A DNA stretch of 64,000 nt from Octopus vulgaris (lineage: Eukaryota): assembly GCA_951406725.2 (NCBI GenBank), contig OX597820.1, positions 67,394,001 through 67,458,000 of the forward strand, in the 5' to 3' direction. How positions within the stretch are numbered: position 1 is the first letter of the stretch; each line of letters starts with the position of its first letter. The notes beneath the pieces were generated by a model. It was not told where the DNA came from. It worked only from the letters and a program-made list of their open reading frames with translations, and did not search any database. This document shows, one piece after another, positions 12,395 to 25,100 of this stretch. Position numbers and translations under genes: made by a program.

Positions 12395-12614
12395 CCCATT
12401 CGTTACCAACCCGGCTGAAACTGGCTCTGGCTCTGACTACAAATGTCTTGTTTTCATAAGTTTTGAATTAAAATATTCCACCAAACCTTTGTCGCAATTT
12501 ATGTCCCTAACACTAGCTGAATGATAACTAAGTTATTTTACTAAATTCTTTGTTATATTTAAAGTAATTGAAAGAAACACAGAACATCTCAAAATAAATA
12601 CAGTAACGAAAGGG
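12395..12614. mobile_element. piggyBac-type MITE
   Basis: TTAA TSD at 12391-12394 and 12615-12618. TIRs CCCATTCGTTAC / GTAACGAAAGGG. Confidence 0.85.
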
Positions 12615-12620
12615 TTAAAC

Positions 12621-12726
12621 CAGGGCTGTAGAGTTAAAACAAAAAACTTTGACTCCTTTATGTAATTAAGTGATTGTGGACTACTTTACCGATCCCGACT
12701 CAATTGTTTCTGACTCCACAACCCTG
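12621..12726. mobile_element. hAT-type mini-MITE
   Basis: TIRs CAGGGCTGTAGAGT / ACTCCACAACCCTG. TSD ATTTAAAC, with the left copy split by the piggyBac insertion. Confidence 0.7.
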
Positions 12727-12753
12727 ATTTAAACAATGATGATGATGATGATA

Positions 12754-13085
12754 CAGTTCTATATTTAAGAGATGAGGAATTATCTACATTATTTACATTC
12801 AACGAATATTTGTCCTCATCTTGTTTGTTGTTAACACAATGTTTCGGCTTCTTCAGGTGTTTTGGGGAAATTTCGAGCCTGGGTTCTCATTCCTAAGGTA
12901 TTTTTCGATGTTATTATTATTAGTAGTATTATCATTATTGTTATTGCTCAGGTCGCTGCTTGGAATCGAACTCGGAATCTTGGGGTTAGTAGCCCGTGCT
13001 CTTAACTACTATGCCATATGCCTGTGGGCATATATATCCATCAAATGTAAATATCTGTCAAATATAAATAATGTAAATGATGATG
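12754..13085 (-). mobile_element. SINE family E (tRNA head, hammerhead-containing tail), stem II deleted in this copy
   Basis: Head TGGCATAGTAGTTAAGAGC..GAGTTCGATTCC. Tail AACAC-CTGAAGAAGCCGAAACATT-GTGTT. Inverted tail fragment at about 13035-13080. Confidence 0.75.
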
Positions 13086-13635
13086 ATATTGTATGAAATA
13101 TATATTTTATACATTCAGTATTGTTTCAAGTGGTGGACTCTAATTATGTAGTATATGCTTGTTTTAACTTCTACATTGTATACAGACTCACTTGTAAGTA
13201 CAGTAATGGCCTTTGTTACAAAATCTGTACTTATACACAATGGTATGTATAGATGTGTGTGTGTGTTTGTGTTGTTTATTTCCCAATCACATGGTTCTGT
13301 GTTTAGTCCCGCTGTGTAGCACATTGGGCAGGTGTTTTCTTAGGTCAACCGAAGCTTTGTGAGTTGGGTTGACAGAAACTCAAAGAAGCCTATTGTGTAT
13401 GGTGTGTGTATCTCTCTCTCTCTCTCTTTGTTATGACATCATGTGATGATTGTAAGCAGTCATACAATGGCTGTCATTCGTTTCCAATCTTCCATAGAAA
13501 CATGTCCAGACAATGGAAAAAAAAAACCCAAAACAACCTTACTTAGAAACAGGTGAGGACTGGCTGCAGAAAATCTGCCTATGCATATTCTGTCTGACCC
13601 ATGCTACCATGGAAAAGCTGATGTTAAGCCAAGAA

Positions 13636-14326
13636 GACTGAGGGTGTCTTGGCATCACTCACCAAGTCCTTTGTGAGCCGCTCTACGACTATCTATCTGC
13701 AGCTTTATATAGCTATGGTGCGACCTCACCTGGAATTTGCATCACTGGTCTGGAACCCCTATCTTGCCTAGGATATTAATAATCTGGAAACCGTTTGGCA
13801 ACGTGCAACCAAGAGAATACACTCCATCAGGCATTTGCCATATTCTGAACGCCTTACCTCTCTGGGCATGGATACATTGAAACTTCGATGTCTGGCAGCT
13901 GACTTGGCAGACACCCATAAAATTATTAACCATCTTACAAACAATAACTCTGAGCACCTTTTCAAACTCCACCTGTCTAACACCCATGGACATGTTTACA
14001 AAGTCGGAAAACAGCACAGCTCCCATGACTTTCGGAAACATTTTTTCACGCTAAAAGTTGCTGAAGTATGGAACAAACTGCCAGCATCAGTTGTTAGTTG
14101 TCGGAGCACTGCATGCTTCAAAACTTCCATGCTTCCTGAGATTCGCCAACACTACACCTGATTTTCTCCCCTCCATACACATGCAAGCATGTATCTGACT
14201 CATACACTGTTCACTTTCCAGACATTAGTACATTACTGCATATGCTTTATATGCACTCTTGACAAGTTGTGGTGCACCTGAGCACTGTATACAATAATTT
14301 CATTATTATTATTATTATTATTATTA
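13636..14326 (+). mobile_element. CR1-clade LINE 3' fragment
   Basis: Translates LYIAMVRPHLEFASLVWNP..YSERLTSLGMDTL..RKHFFTLKVAEVWNKLP and ends in an (ATT)n tail. A second tail lies at 31075-31250 (minus). Confidence 0.85.
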
Positions 14327-15338
14327 AACTGAAACCAGTGATGAGGATGATATGTATACAAGTATGTATATAAAAGTGAACTTAATTTTTATATATATAA
14401 AACTGAGAATGTGTGTCTGTCTGTCTGTGTGTGTGTTTCCCTAAAACTTGAGAACTACACAACCAATTTCATTCAAATTTTACACATGCCTTACTTAGGG
14501 TCCATGTAGTTTCATGGGCAAAAATGTTCAACTTCTTGCCTAGAGCAAGCCCATAGCAATATCATATCTTCTCCACTATTTCAGTATTACGTGTTAAAAG
14601 TAAAACAAAAATATTTCTCTATTTTATGTCAGATGCTTTCACTTTAACAATAAAAATAATAACAATTGAATTATATGTAGTAAGTAATAATTAAAATCAA
14701 ACTAAAGTATAATATAATCGTAACATACAAAAGTAAAAATAGCAATTGGTATAAAATTGCATCAATGATTTGAACTTGAATAAGTGGTTTCACATGAATG
14801 GGAATAAATTAAAAATAAAATTAGCGTGCAGAAATGGAATAGTCCATCATCATCATCATCATCATCATCATCGTTTAACGTCCGTTTTCCGCGCTAGCAC
14901 GGGTTGGACGGTTCGACCGGGGTCTGGGAAGCCAGGGGCTGCACCAGGCTCCAGTCTGATCTGGCAGAGTTTCTACAGCTGGATGCCCTTCCTAACGCCA
15001 ACCACTCCGCGAGTGTAGTGTGTCCAGATGGATAATAAAAAATTAAATTAAAGAAAAGACTATTGTCTATAAAGTATACAATGTAGAGAAAAAAGAAGAG
15101 CTAACAATTCCAGTCTGTTAATTGCTGCTGCGTTGGTGAATATCGGTTTGTTTATTTAATTAATTACTCTTACGTTTGTTTACTGCTGTGTTAATTTGTC
15201 TTTTGTACAAATTTTGTTATTAGCCTTTGCACGAAGGCTACGTATTGGAGTTTCCCCCTCCGTGGGGGAATTATTATTGTTATACATTTATTGTGAAAAC
15301 ACACGAGGCTTGCGAAGCCAGAACTTTTTTGTTTTCAA

Positions 15339-16650
15339 TTGAAAGGCTTGTTAAAGCCAAACTCGGAGATGGACACCTCTACCTCCGATTCACCAGTGTC
15401 AGATGAAGAAAGTTCACCAGCGGTGTCACCAAAAGCAGCAGAAGCCCCAGCAAAGAAGTTCGCTGAAGTTGCGGGGAAAAAGCAGAGGAAAATTGATACA
15501 GAAAACCTGGAAAAATACACAGCAGTGTTAAAAAAAGAAGGAACGGAAGTGAGCATAACACCAGACATGAGCAAAATTGAGGAAGTAGAAAAAAAAAGAA
15601 TTATATATAAAACTTTCAACACGACAAGTAGAACCATCCAAAGAATAGAAGAAAAAAAAATAGAAAACTGCTTGAAGTCAGTATGGCAGGATATCACCTA
15701 CTTAAATCATGGTAAAAAATTTGGTACAGTAGAAGTGAGGTTCAGGACGGAAGAGATAGCTAAGAAGCTATCAACTGAACCGTTGAAAGCAGAGAACATG
15801 TCCTTCTTCCCCTGTACAGAGGCAGAAGGACCTCAAAAATATTAATAAAAAATATTCCCCCAGAAGCAGACGCCACATGCCTGGTGGCGGCAGTGATGTT
15901 AGGCCTGGAGGACAAGATCAATATCCTCCAGGCTACAGTAGAGGAGGAGGAGCATTGGCAAGGCCAATGCATATCAATGTCAATTCAGGCGGGGGTACAA
16001 ACCCTAGAGGAAATACCAGAGACGTTGAAGATCAGCGAGGACAAGAGAGTGGTGTTCTTCGTAGAAGGCAGAAAGCCGAGGTGCTTTGGCTGCGGTAAAA
16101 AGGGGCACGTGAGGGCAGAGTGCCAACCTAAACCGCAGGAAGCAGCTCAGCCAGAAAAGAAAAAGCAAGAAGCTTCACCAGAGACAACACTGGACGACTC
16201 AGGAAAAACAACAGAAAGAGAAGAGGCAGCAGATACAACAGAATCAACAACAGAAGCAACAACAAGCTGCGAGGAAAAAGAAAATGAGGAGGGGCGGTCG
16301 AAAATCGTAAAGAAAAAAAGAAAAACAGAAACCACCCCTCAGAAAGTAAGCCAAAAAAAAAAGAAAGGAAACCATGAACTCATTTATGGCTATTAAGGCA
16401 TCTAATAATAGACTGACCAACGTGTTGGCAGCTATGGCAAATGTAGAGAAAATTAAAAAAACAAAAGACTTTATTTTGTACAGAATAGGCCGGAAGGATT
16501 ACGGACGGATAAAGTCCGAATTCTATCATGACGTGGGCCTCTGAGAATGGACATATCTTCACCATATATATATACGAGGGCCTGCTCAGACTCCCCCACG
16601 AGTCCGGGAAAAAGACAAAAGTGAAGAAGGAGAAAAAGTCGAACCTCTGA
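15339..16650 (+). pseudogene. Tx1 ORF1 (RNA-binding protein with CCHC knuckle), frameshifted
   Basis: Split across ORFs 15339-15845 and 15884-16396. Zinc knuckle CFGCGKKGHVRAEC and a Lys/Glu-rich tail. Frameshifts near 15810 and probably near 16350. Confidence 0.8.
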
Positions 16651-16663
16651 TATAAGGTAAGAC

Positions 16664-19600
16664 ATGGATTACATTTATGTTGGTTGTTTAAATGTGCGCG
16701 GCCTGGGATCAAGCGGGAAGCAGGGTCGTTTCTTTAATGATATCAGGTCGCGTAATTTGGATGTCATTGTTGCTACAGAAACCCGGTTAGAGGGGCCAAG
16801 AGGTCTGCTCCCGCTGTTTGACGGCTACGAGAGTTTTTTCTCTCTGGCCAGTCCTACTGGCGGGGGTGGGGTGTTGGTCCTATTAAAAAGAAACTGGGTT
16901 TTTGGGAAAAAGTTAATTTTTTCAGATCCAGAAGGCAAGCTGGTCGTCATGGATTTGACGTTCAGTAATGGTAAAGTTATCAGACTGGTTGCAATTTACG
17001 CACCCAACCAAAAGGGGCAAAGTGATTATTTTCGAGAGCTGGAAAACTTTCTTGGTACTTCGCATTCATTAGTTGTACTAGGAGACTTTAACACAATTTA
17101 CAAAGCGGATGTAGATTGTGTTGGCTTGCATCCAGATAGAAAAGGTAACATTGGCTTCCTGGAACTGCTAAGCCGCTTTGAGCTAGCAGATCCTTATAGG
17201 TTGGAATTTCCGAACACTCCATTGTGGACATGGTCAAGCAGCGATGGATCTTCCAGGTCATACATAGATAGGATACTAATTAGAAAAGTAGACAGAGAAA
17301 TAGCTAAGTGTCCACAGTTTTACCCGGTCAGCTACAGTGATCATAAAATGGTCACCTGTAAGCTTGACATAGATAAGGCTAATAATAGAGGCTCCAGTTA
17401 TTGGAAACTTAATACGTCCCTTTTGGCGATTAAGGAGTACAGAGACCGGATTAGGACTATAATTCAGAGGGCGCTATCTGGTGCCATCATTAATAACAAA
17501 TGGTGGTATACCCTCAAGCAAGCCATCAAATTCGAGCCTATTAGATATAGCATAGGATTAGTGGCTAGAGAGGCTAGGAGGGAATCAACTCTAGTTAAGG
17601 AATTAGAGGAAGCCTTGAAAACTGGCTCTGCGGCTCAGGTGACGGCCAAGAGACTAGTGTTAAACCAGCACCTCGAGGCCAAACACATGGGCTGCATTGT
17701 CAGGGCTAGGATCCGCGCAATGGGTTGTGAGAGAATCAACGCCGTGAGATGGGCCCGAGTGGTGGAAGCTCAGCGTGGTAATGACGCCACCGTTCGATCT
17801 TTGACGAACCAACAATGTAAGTCGATAAACGAACCCGAGGAGATGTGTGAGGCCTTTCAGGAGCACTTCGCTCAGCTTTTTTGTGGGGGCGGCGGACTGG
17901 ATAGGAGGGTCTTTACGGACCTCCTTGACGGGCTGCCACGCCTATTGGGGCGAGATGCGGAGGGCTGTGAAGGGCCAATCACGCCTGAGGAGGTGGTTGA
18001 GGCGATGGCGGACTGCGGCGTGGGCAAGGCGCCGGGTTTGGATGGTCTACCCTATGAGTTATATAAGAGTATGCCAGACTTGTTCGGGCACCTACTGACG
18101 GAGGTCTATGTGAACTGACAGCAGAACGGGTTCATACCTAGATCTGTGCGCCGGGGAGTAGTGACACTTGTCAGAAAGGACCCGAGCAAGGGGAAGTGCA
18201 TTGATAATTTCAGGCCCATCACTCTGCTAAACACAGAGTTGAAGATTTTGGCCAAAGTGTTATCAAAAAGATTGGCGCGTGTCGCGGATGGTCTGATCGG
18301 GGAGGCACAGACCTGTGCCGTTCCCAGCAGATCCATTCAGGATAATCTCCATCTTATGCGGTACACTCTAGAGGGGTTTAATAGTGATTCTGGCAAGGGA
18401 GGGGCACTGGTCCATTTAGACCAATCTAAAGCGTTTGATAGGGTCGACCATCGCTACCTGGTGTCCGTCCTGGCACAGTTCGGGCTGGGCCTTGGCTTCC
18501 TCAGGTGGATTATTCAAATTTACGATAACATCGACTCGGTAGTTCGGGTGAACGGCTTCTTTTCGAAGCCGTTCAACATCAAGCGCTCGGTTTGTCAAGG
18601 GTGTCCGCTCTCCCCGCTTTTGTACGTGGTGGCTCTTGAGCCATTACTGCGAAAACTGAGTGACATCGCGATACAGCCAGGTTGTGGAAAATCGGTGTCA
18701 GCTTACACGGATGACATCACCATCATCATAACCGAAATGGATCACCTACAGAGGGTAGGCAAGGCCATAAAGGTTTACAAGACGGTGACAGGAGCAAAGG
18801 TTAATTGTGAAAAGTCAGTCGGCTTGCAGCTCGGCACCTGGAGAGGCAAGTCGATGCCTCCTGACAGCATCGTGGGACGTTGGATGGAGGGTCTGATTAA
18901 GTTGCTAGTGGTTTGGTTCGGTCCAGACCTCCAAATAGAGAAGAACTGGGGCGAGGTATCGAGCAGGGTGGCTGCAGTAGCCAAGACCTGGTCTTGGCAG
19001 TGGCTATCCCTGAAAGGAAGGGCGGAGGTAGCCAATGTGTTTATCGCATCGGTTATCACCTACTGCCTTTCCGTCGTTCCTTGCCCTGATTCGTGGTTGA
19101 ACAAGTTGGAAAGACAGCTCTTCTACTTCTTGTGGAAGGGCGGGAAACCACTTGTGAAACGCTCTACTTGCTGTCAACAACCGTTAAAGGGTGGGCTAGG
19201 GATGCCATGGCTGATGATGCGCAGACATGCGCTGAGGTTAAGACATCTGTAGCTCTACATGGATGGTGAACGGGTGTGGTCTCCGCTAGCAAAACTGATG
19301 TTTCCCAAGTTCACTAGTTTCGGTGGATGGGAAACCTGGCTGAATCGTAGATCGAAACTGGGCGCATGGTACGCGGAGTGTCGCAAGGCTCTCCTGCTGT
19401 TCCGTCGCTTGGGCAATGCCTGCGGTGGGGGTTCCACCACATTCTTTTATAGAGGGTTAGTAGAGGCGGAATGTGAAGATACCTTAGGGGAAGCCCTAGG
19501 TCTCGACGATAATCAGCTGGTCAGTCTGTTCCGACGTACATTCTGGCTGAAGACCCTGGACAACTTCCAGAAGTCTCTGGCATGGCAGTGTTACAGAGGA

Positions 19601-20056
19601 GCTCTACCTGTTTGGGATAAACTCGCAAGGCATGGTGGCCAAGACAGTCCGATATGTCCAAGATGCGAGTGGGATAGGGAAACCGTCCCGCATGCTATTG
19701 TTCATTGTTCGGTCATGTCAGAGGTGTGGGTTTATGCCGAACAGCTGTTGTCAAGCACACGAAGAGTACAGCTGTCAACTGGGTCTATTATAAAAATTGA
19801 CCCACCAGATTTCCTCGCGAAAGAAGGTAAGAATTGTTTTCTCGTTGTAGTAGCAATTGCGAGAGAGGTGATTTGGAAGACTAGGATGAAAGGTTTACAG
19901 TCAGGCAAGTTCATCTCCGGCCCTGGATTGATGAATTACTTCATCTTTCACCTAAAAAGGAAGATAGGGCTGGAGAGAAAATGCCTGACTAAGAAAGTGT
20001 ATGAAGAACGATGGAAGGATGTAGCACGAAAGTTGCGAGTGGATGACACCACATAA
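16664..20056 (+). pseudogene. Tx1 ORF2 (APE endonuclease, reverse transcriptase, C-terminal zinc finger) with two in-frame stops
   Basis: Motifs LNVRGL, ETR, GDFN, IDRI, SDH; RPITLLN, LDQSKAFDRV, QGCPLSP, YTDD; CPRC..ETVPHAIVHC. All three ORF pieces share one frame, with stops at 18116 (TGA) and 19250 (TAG). Confidence 0.92.
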
Positions 20057-20627
20057 ATGTAAAACAAGACGAAACCAAAGTATCAGTGGTGAGGCAGGGC
20101 TTGTGGGGTCCGAGCTAAACCTGCCTCCACTCCATCCGTAATGTCTTCCAGTCTGTTCTTCATTCGATTTTATATTTTTGTGAATTTTTAAACTCATCTT
20201 TTTGTAACCCCATTCAAGAATCTGACCCCACATCATGTTGTATTGTCCCCTCTGTGTTCGCCCCTAGTGGGTAATAATAATACAATTCCAGTCTGTTATA
20301 TATTTTGAGTATTGTTATCACTAGCGATATCAAGATATAACTTTGTATTTTGCATTTTATGTGTAGATGTATATATATATAGATGTACATGTAATATGTA
20401 CACATATATATATATACACATATATACATGCATTAGCACTATGACCCGGCAATGACGGGTCTTTAATGCTAGTTTGTAAATAAAACCTTTTTCTTTGTAC
20501 AACTATGTATTAATAACCATTTATATAAATATATTTGCAGGAACTGACGCATACAGAATCAAGGAGTTCTAGAACTGCATAATCAATAACATTTTCCACC
20601 TGATTACGACTAACTCATATCTTCACC

Positions 20628-21377
20628 ATGGGACTGCAATGGACTTTGATTTATGGCTTTTTATGTTTTGAAATAGGACTGTGTGTTTTATTTATGTTAC
20701 CCTTCATATCACCTCTAGTATGGCGGAAATTATTTAAGTCCCGCCTTTTATCATTTCTATCTGACTATTCATACTTCTATGTTCGGTTATTGATGTTGGG
20801 TTTAGGTGTTGCTTTTGTTAGCGCCATTTCACAGGTCCGTAAATATGATATTGATTCAGACAAACTGGAAGATGTGACTTTAACTATGCCTGGTGCTGCA
20901 CAGAATTACCATATACGTCTACTTTATGCTCAGCGTAATGTTTACATCTCTGGGTTTACTTTGTTTCTTTGGATGATTTTAAATCGCATGGTCCAATTAA
21001 TGACAGCCCAAGCTCAGCTGCAAGCTGATTTGGAAGCAACCCACAAACAAGCTCTCAGCGCTAATGAAGTTGCCAACAAACTCTTGAATGCTTCGTCATC
21101 ATCAGGGACTCAAGATACTAAGAATGACAAAGAGGAAAATCTGGCTAATTCTGAAAAGGAAGATGCTACTAAAAATCTTGAGGCCCTCAAGACAAAACTA
21201 AAAAAAGCTGAGGGGGAATTAGGTGAAGCTAGAACTGAACTGAAAGAAACCCAAACTGATCTGATGGCCATGAAATCTCAGTCTGAAGCAACTAAGTGTG
21301 AATATGATAGTTTATTGGAAGAGTATTCTGTCCTTCAGAAGAAAATACAGCAGGATTCAAATAAGAAAGATCATTAA
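20628..21377 (+). CDS. BCAP31: B-cell receptor-associated protein 31/29 family ER membrane protein
   Basis: N-terminus MGLQWTL..EI..LPFISP..W.K.FKSRL, YAQRNVYISGF motif, three hydrophobic segments, coiled coil and C-terminal KKDH (KKXX ER retrieval). Strong Kozak ACCATGG. Candidate acceptor TTTGCAG ends at 20540. Confidence 0.92.
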   Translation: MGLQWTLIYGFLCFEIGLCVLFMLPFISPLVWRKLFKSRLLSFLSDYSYFYVRLLMLGLGVAFVSAISQVRKYDIDSDKLEDVTLTMPGAAQNYHIRLLYAQRNVYISGFTLFLWMILNRMVQLMTAQAQLQADLEATHKQALSANEVANKLLNASSSSGTQDTKNDKEENLANSEKEDATKNLEALKTKLKKAEGELGEARTELKETQTDLMAMKSQSEATKCEYDSLLEEYSVLQKKIQQDSNKKDH

Positions 21378-21756
21378 TGAAAAATAAAGTGGTGGTGGTA
21401 GGGGGTGGGGGGTGGAATTAGCTTTAAAAAATTATTTTTATTTTCAAAATTTCATTCAAAGGTTATGACTATAAGAACTTGTTGAGTTGAGTGATCTTGT
21501 TTGATCGAAATGAATATAAAAGTTTGAAATTACTAAAGTACACTAGTTTTATATGTGATTGTAAAGAAGCAGTTTGTTGAATATTTGTTTTCTTTAAGAT
21601 GATGACTGAACGACAGAATTGATCCATTCCTCCTAACTTTACATCCAGCTAATCTAAACACTTCAAATTTCCTTGATGCCTTCTTATCTCTAAACTGAGT
21701 TATTCATTAACAAAAGACCTTACATTTTGTATTATTACATTGTATGTGTGTGTGTG

Positions 21757-22072
21757 AAGGCACGTGGCTTAGTGGTTAGGGCATTCAGTTCACGATTGTA
21801 AGGTTGTGAGTTCAATTCCCGGCAACGCGTTGTGTCCTTGAGCAAGACACTTTATTTCACGTTGCTCCAGTCTACTCAGCTGGCAAAAATGAGTTGTACC
21901 TGTATTTCAAAGGGCCAGCCTTGTCACACTCTGTGTCACATTGAATCTCCTTGAGAACTACATTAAGGATACACATGTCTGTGGATTGCTCAATCACTTG
22001 CACGTTAATTTGATGAGCAAGCTGTTCTGTTGATCGTATCAGCTGGGACCCTTGTCGTAACTGACGTAGTGC
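21757..22072 (+). mobile_element. tRNA-derived SINE family C variant
   Basis: GTGGCTTAGTGGTTAGG..GAGTTCAATTCCC head and GTTGTGTCCTTGAGCAAGACAC body, followed by (TA)n. Confidence 0.75.
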
Positions 22073-22073
22073 T

Positions 22074-22120
<47 letters not shown>

Positions 22121-23344
22121 CACACACACACCCACAAGCCTTAAAGCTAACCACTTTATGGACATGAAACCCTGGGTAACCCTATAAACCGGCTGTAACT
22201 ATCTTTATCTAAATATAATATATATATATATATAAATAGACAAAGAGAGATGGAGAAATTTTATTAATCTTATCTCCTTCTTCTCTCTTGGTTTTTATAA
22301 TATTAATAATAATATATATGTATGTGCCTATATTGTTAGGTATTCAACCTGTCTAATCTTGGATATTTTTATCCCTCCAAGGTTTATATCCTCACTTGTA
22401 CTTATATATAAAAAAATGTGGTGAGTTGACAGGATTGTTACCATGCCAGGCAAAATGCTTAATGGTATTTCTTTCAGCACCTTACATTCTGAGTTCAGAT
22501 ACTGCCATGATCAACTTTGCCTTTCATACTTTTAGGGTCAATAAAGTGAGTACCAGTGGATCACTGAGGTTGATGTAATCAGCTAGACCTCCTCACTCAG
22601 AACTTCAGGTCTTAGTAGAACCAATTATTACATTGTTGTTATATTTGGGGATGGGTATTTTTGCTATACTGACACACATGATGTCAGTATCACTGGTGAT
22701 GTGGCCAACCTCTGTATTATATGGTAGAATAGGAGACTTAAATAATACTTAGAGTTCCATAGCCCTAAGCATGTACTCTCCCTATGCTGATGATATCATC
22801 ATATAGCAAAAGCACATCCACAAGCCAATATCTATGAACTAGAAGCTAATACCATGGAGAGCATCCAGCAAAAAGCTAACTCCACCAGAATATTAAGGTA
22901 ACAGTAAATTACCCTAGTATGCATCCCCAATTACAGACTACCTGTTTTAGGCACTGAACTGTGGCTGGAAACTAGGAATAACAAGGTTCAAATTTTCCTT
23001 TTGCACTATATCAAACCCATAGCCTCTAAATATCTAGTCCACTGGAACACGGCAATTGTAGATAATACCAATTTCAATATCCTAATAAGGGTGAGGAGAA
23101 ATGTGTGGCCCAACAGAATTAGAGATACACATGCAGCACTTCATCCACTGCTTGCATTTCTCTATGTACAATCAAGGAAACCGGATTGGGGTGTGTAAAG
23201 GAGCCATGGCAAAATTCAAAACCATCATAGAGAATAATGCAAGTGAGATCTGCCCACTATACAGGAGTAAATCATAGAATAGCATAGAAAGAACAAAGAG
23301 AAAGACTGGTAAGGCCATCTCGAGGTATGACAACCAAAAACATC

Positions 23345-24010
23345 AGGCTGTGTAAAAAGTTAAGCAACGTTTTGAAACATGAAATTCATCCCAATATATT
23401 TCAACAATGCAGAAATTTTATTCGTCGAAGTAAGTATCATTACAATCAACACATTTTTGCCAATGAGTTATAAGTTTGTTTATTTCAGTGACATAAAAAT
23501 ATGGCATCCTGGAGCTGATGAATTCTTTGAATGCACTTTCAGCATCGGTTTGATATTTTTTTAACTCTTTCTCTCACAGGAAACCATCAAGGTGCCTGAA
23601 AAAGTTGTAGTTGGTAGGAGAAAAGTTTGGGGAATAAGCTAGGTGAAGAACTTCATAGACAAGTTCCCTCAGCTTCTGAGGGAAATGTGTGGTTGAGCAT
23701 TGTCATGAAGAATGATCGGCCCTCTTCTATTGACCAGTCTGGGACGGAGGAATAGCAGTTTTTTGTTCATTTTGGCAATTTCATGGCAATGTTTCTGCAG
23801 TAATGGTTTTTCCAGGTTTTAAGAAGTTATAGCAGATGAGTCTTGCAGTACACCACTACCAGTCACCATAAACTTTGTTTTGAAGAGCTCGGGTTTAGGG
23901 AAGGTTTCGATGCTTCATTTTGGTCCAACCACTGCAAAGAAAGTTTCTTATTGTACAAAATCAATTTTTTTAACACAACTTACAATACAGTCGAGAAATG
24001 GATTGGTCTG
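23345..24010 (-). mobile_element. mariner transposase relic
   Basis: Minus-strand motifs ILHDNAQP, PNFSPTNYNFF (YSPDLAP-like) and C-terminal INKLITHWQKCVDCNDTYFDE*. Confidence 0.75.
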
Positions 24011-24029
24011 GATTTGCTCCTGCCACCGC

Positions 24030-25100
24030 CTCAGTTCTTTATGGCTTTACCTACCCTCTGTAGGTGTACCATCTTAGACACGATGATGGTGTTGTTATCC
24101 GCGTACGCTGAAACTTTCCTACTGCAACCTAGATCGCGTGGTATGCCCTTTAAGCTCTCCAACTTCCACAGTAAGGGTTCTAGAGCCAACACATACTGAA
24201 GGGAGGAGAGTGGACACCCTTGACAAACAGAGCACTTGATGTTGAATGGCTTTGAGAAGAACCCGTTCACCTGAATGATCAAGTTGATGTTACTGTATGA
24301 TCCACCTGCGGTAGATGGAGCTGAGCCTGAATGCTGCGAGGACCGACACCAGATACTGATGGTCAACCCCGTCAAAAGCTTTGGACTGGTCTAAATGGAC
24401 CAGAGCCCCACCCTGGCCAGAAACCCCGTTAACTCTCTCTAAGGGGTAGCGTAAAAAATGGAGATTATCATGTATGGATTTTCCATGAATGGCACAAATT
24501 TGTGCCTCCCCAACAATTCCATCCACAGAACATGCCAACTTTTTGGCTAATACCTTGGCCAAAATTTTCAGCTCTTGTGTTAAGTAGAGTGATGGGACTT
24601 GAAATTATCTATAATATCCCCCTTGTTTAGGTCCTTTCTAAGCTGCATCACCACTCCCCAGCTCACAGAACTGGGTATAAACCCATACTGTTATAAAGCT
24701 CATAGGGGAAACCATCTAGTTCCAGCAACTTGTCCCCACAACAGTCTGACAAAAAACCTCCTTGGCCAGGGGTGCTGCCTTTTTTTTTTTTCCAGCTTTA
24801 GGGGTCTTTTTCCCCTTGGTCTCCTCTTGGGGAGGCAAGCACTTGGACCTCAGATGTCTCATCTTTCCACACTTGAAGCACCGAGGCTTCTTTCCCTCAA
24901 CGTTTACAGATAACACTGTCTCCTCCCCAATGTGGACTTTTTGGGGGAGGTTTTCGAAGTCACTGGAAGTGACTTGTGCCAGTATTTCCAAAATCTTCCC
25001 CTTCCAGTTCTGTGGGGCATCTCTGGAAATCTGGATAAAGTTTATCTTCTCTTTGAAATAACAACGTAGCCACAATCTATGCAACTTCTACTTCTGGTGG
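24030..25100 (-). mobile_element. Degenerate, internally deleted Tx1-family copy
   Basis: The ORF1 knuckle (CFKCGKMRHLRSKC) abuts RT motifs GGALVHLDQSKAFD, QGCPLS and SAYADN, which are homologous to 18150-18780. Confidence 0.8.

Larger units (their letters stand above)
15121..20281 (+). mobile_element. Full-length L1/Tx1-clade non-LTR retrotransposon
   Basis: 17-bp TSD ACAATTCCAGTCTGTTA at 15104-15120 and 20282-20298. Contains ORF1 and ORF2 and ends in (TAA)n. Confidence 0.93.
14390..20472 (+). mobile_element. Possible non-autonomous Helitron-like element hosting the RTE tail and Tx1 insertions
   Basis: 5' TATATATAAAACTGAGAATGTGTGTCTGTCTG microsatellite start. 3' hairpin GACCCG-GCAATGA-CGGGTC followed by CTAG|T at 20469-20473. 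That the two ends belong to one element is inferred. Confidence 0.4.

Noticed and set aside
12945-13025. Possible tRNA gene
   Set aside because: A/B boxes are present but there is no convincing acceptor stem or poly-T terminator. It is a SINE head.
22770-23150. YADDI-encoding stretch suggesting another RT relic
   Set aside because: Only one motif is recognisable, which is too degraded to classify.
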